DNA from: Klebsormidium nitens | Lineage: Eukaryota; Plantae; Klebsormidiophyceae | Assembly: GCA_000708835.1 (NCBI GenBank) | Contig: DF236961.1 | Location: forward strand, 310,001-374,000 | Direction of reading: 5' to 3' | Length of the DNA stretch: 64,000 bases | Made by a program: the position numbers and the translations under genes | Shown: one piece after another, positions 60,601 to 64,000 of the stretch | Numbering within the stretch: the stretch's first letter is position 1 | Layout of the letters: each line of letters opens with the position of its first letter | Notes under the pieces: model-generated | What the model was told of the DNA's origin: nothing | Database searches by the model: none | What the model saw: only the letters and a program-made list of their open reading frames with translations

Positions 60601-63600
60601 AACACTCGACACATGCAAATCCGTGCAACCACAAGCGTTTGAGCGAGGCCGGTTGCGACTTCTGATTTGCGACCTGGAAAATCAGGTCGTTAACGAGGCG
60701 GCTTCTCCTTTCGGATATGTGCGACTTTCACCTTCTGCCTTCCTGTCCATCAAGATTGGCACGAATTTACGAAAAGGCGAGTCGCACCTTTTACTTCGCT
60801 TGAATTCATGTAGCATTCGTTGCCTACAGGAGTAAGGAGCAGGATCACTCCCAACTTCTCTGAATCCTCAGGATCTTCTCTTTGCTTTGCACCGGTCTGC
60901 TCATCGTCATGTGTACATCATAATCTGCGGTCCTGATCTGAATATAGCTGTCGAAGATGTTGCTCCCGCTTCACATTGATTTACCAGCACTGATTGTAGC
61001 CTGCATCACGCTTCATCTCCACCAGTTATTTTCTGTGAGCGAGAATGTGAAACCCTCTTCCATACTCCCATCAGTTTGATGGATACCGAAGAAAACTGCC
61101 GCGGCGTTGCGCTTCTCGTCGTCAACGGAACCGGCCAGCTCGGCATTGCGACCGGCAACTGGCAAGGACCCCATCGATTCGTTTTTTGAGAACGGTAAGA
61201 CGAAGTCTGCCTTTTTCCAATGAGAACAGTGACACAGATTCTGCATTTTTCCAGGTTGATGGATACGGAAGAAAACTGCCGCGGCGTCGCGCTTCTCGAC
61301 GTAGACGGAACCGGCCAGCTAGGCATTGCCACCGGCAACTGGCAAGGCCCGCACCGACTTTTCTCTCGGGACGGCGGAGGCCCTGTTGGGGGCGCCGCCT
61401 CACTGGGTTATACTGACGGGGAGGCCGGCGGTTTCAAAGACAGGGCCCCGGAGGCAATGGCCCGGCCGTCTGCGATTCGGACGGTCATTGCGGCGGATTT
61501 TGATAACGATGGGTACGAGGAGCTGTTCTTCAATAACATTGGGAGCGCTAACCGCCTGTTCCGGCAGGTGAGCAGATGGAAAAATTCTAGTGGACACCCG
61601 ATTCCGTACTGGGGAGAGGGTTAACGTAGAAAGGTTTCAAGTTAACGAGATGACTTAGGGCTCCATCCGCGTTTACACGTAATCGGAGTCGCAGAAAAAC
61701 CTGCTACAAGGACGAAGGTTCACATGCAAGAAGGACAAAATTTTGAGTCCCTTACTTTCCTAATCGAGTCTCCGGAAAAGTGGAGCACTAAAGTCCTTCC
61801 TTTCCTCCCCATGCTGCTCGATTCAATATCCCCAACTAGGTACGGTTCGATCTTCCCAAAATACTACCTAGCTGACAAGATACGGTTCGATCTTCCCAAA
61901 ATTGTATTTAATAGCACAATTCCTACCCCTCCTCCGGGCGGCTTATTGAGGCGCTCGAAGATCAGGCTCCGATCCTAGGCTTCCCCCGATTCTCTGCAGA
62001 AAATCTGACTCGCAACCAATCCTCATTTAACATGAAACCTCAGAATGGGGTTCATTTTAGGATGCCTCGAACGCCTCATCTCCTTTGATCCCCAGTGATG
62101 AGTTGCCAGTCAGTCTGAACTTTCTGAACTGTCCAGGATGGACCCGGCAATTGGGTCTCGGTTGATCTGGGCGACGCCGAGGAGCCGGGGGGCCTCGGCA
62201 CGGGGGCAGCTGTAGCGGACATTGACGGCGATGGGCGGCTGGAGTTGCTAGTGTGAGTTGACACTAAACTTTTGCCGACACCAAGGAAGATAGCGAAATA
62301 CACCGTGTGTCAAATGAAGGGTGGCGGACGTCGAAGGTGATGGGCTCCTGGAGTTGCTAGTGTGAGTTGCCCCACGCCCGAGGAACATGGCGAGAGAGAC
62401 CTTTGTGTGGAAACAAGAAGTTGCTTTGAAAGTATCTTCAAGTCCGTCGCTGTTTTTGTACTGTCTCTTGTGTCTGCCCCTCCTCTACGCCCCGAGATGC
62501 TAGAATCTTTCACTTTGACGTCCTCTTTCTCCTCTTCCAATCGTACCATTGGTACACAGCAGCTTTTTGAGACATTTGATCCAACCAGAATGTTGGCAAA
62601 GTGGGCGTTCGCAGAGCAGCAGCGAACGCTGTCACGGTTGCCGCGATATCAGATGACTCAACACTCGAAAAGGGCGACCTTGAAGCGATCGGCCTGCTTC
62701 TCGGTCGCCGAAACTGGGACCGATTCCTCTGACGAGACGCTACCTCCAGCGGGTTTGGAACCCTTTGGAATTCGAGCAGACGATGACGTAAGCTGACGCG
62801 GGGCTGCCTTGCAGGTCGCACGGCGAGTTGCGGCCGCAGCCCCTGAGCCTCTTCCGGTCGCCTGAAAACGACAACGCGTGGTTGCGCGTGCGGCCGCTCA
62901 CTAAACAGGTGCGATTTCAGGAACTCTTGCCTTTTCTCCCTTTTTCCTTAGTCAAAGATTTGCCTGACTATTCCGGAAGCCTGAGCTTTGAGACAACGCT
63001 GGGAGCCGCAACTCCTGAGCCTCTTCCGGTCGCCCGAAAACGGCAATGCGTGGTTGCGGGTGCGGCCACTCACTAAACAGGTGCATTTTGAGGAATTCTG
63101 GACTCCAAATCATGGCAGCCTATGACTGAAAAGCTTGGAGCCTGAGAGTCAGGAAAAAGCGGCAAGCCGGCCACACCCAAATTTCTTCTGGTTACTTTCA
63201 CACCCGCAGTCCTTCTGGCCGTTCGGTTCACACTTTGACCCGGTACTGTATGTCGTCTCAAGTGGATCCATCCGACAAGAGCTTGAGTGGAGGCACAGGA
63301 CAGAGAATCTGAAGTCGGCTGAAAAGACAAGACGATCGAAACCTTTGTCAAGGACACAAACCATCGAGAATATACCTGGTTAGTGAAGCAAATGAGAAAT
63401 CGATCGGAGACGATGTGTCGAATGTAGCCGTTGTCTCCTTTTGAATCTCGAGTCTTCACAAATCGCCCCTGTCGGCTAATTCAGCTCGCGCACAAGATAA
63501 TTCGACGGCATCTAGCGCACTACCGCATGGATTACTCATTCCCCGAGAATAAGTAAGCTGGCTAATGAAAAAGACCTCGAACTCTGCTTGACAGGCAAAG

Positions 63601-64000
63601 TCTTGACTGTAGCCGTTGTGTCTCTTCATTTTGCTAGTCTTCTCAAATGACCCCTTTTGGATGATAAAGCTTGCGCACAAGGTAATGTGACGGCATCTAA
63701 CGTACAGCCAAACGGGCCACTCGTTCGCCTAGTAGAATCTCAACCGGGTGCTTCTCGCAGGGCGCTCCTGCCCGGGGCGCCACGCGTCCAGTACCGTAGA
63801 TACCTCCAGAGATCGTTATCGGACGCCTGTGAGCTAACGGCTCGTTCAACTTTTCTAATCTGGTTTTCCCACAGGGTGCTCCTGCCCGGGGCGGAATGGT
63901 CACGCATCTTCCACCGTAGAAACCTCTGGAGGTCTTTATTGGACGCTTGGGAACCATCCGCCTGGCCAGCTAACGGCTTGTATCAACTGTTTTGATTTGA
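57627..64000 (+). CDS. CRTAC1-like / ASPIC-UnbV FG-GAP beta-propeller protein, multi-exon, truncated at right edge (alternative start at ATG ~58056)
   Basis: Exon peptides colinear with CRTAC1: NPSKLHYGVAAVNFDGDG, QAIGVAAGDFDGDGQEEVY, AGRSVAAVDRKGSGKY, NEGGPNFLF, GNWQGPHRL, RTVIAADFDNDGYEELFFNNI, GTGAAVADIDGDGRLELLVSHGE, WLRVRPLT. Confidence 0.9.
59860..64000 (+). repeat. exon-edge pseudo-copies in CRTAC1-like introns
   Basis: Acceptor-side copies at 59864 and 60037 (real 60227), at 61075 (real 61255), and at 63761 and 63875 (real exon beyond the window). Donor-side copies at 62362 (real 62253) and 63081 (real 62909). Confidence 0.85.

Overview
Intron-rich eukaryotic nuclear DNA from a streptophyte alga. 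It is most likely Klebsormidium-like, inferred from the gene set (GRV2, BIN4, MinE, expansin), the GC content and the intron density. Gene order: 5' half of GRV2/RME-8 (-), a cluster of small inverted-repeat elements, an orphan single-pass membrane protein (+), a divergent MinE-like gene (-), SEC14/CRAL-TRIO (+), expansin (+), BIN4 (-), a 7-exon orphan gene A (+, ~1006 aa), an intronless Streptomyces-type SGNH hydrolase with an upstream 12-Cys secreted module (-), the inverted paralog gene B (-, frame-disrupted) and a CRTAC1/ASPIC-UnbV FG-GAP gene (+, truncated by the window edge). The strongest unexplained signal is that introns of genes A, B, CRTAC1 and, more eroded, SEC14 hold tandem decaying copies of the adjacent exon edge including its splice site. 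Acceptor-side copies lie upstream of the intact exon and donor-side copies lie downstream. The longest arrays have a ~175-190 bp period. All exon coordinates were derived by eye from splice consensus and reading-frame continuity; no database searches were run.
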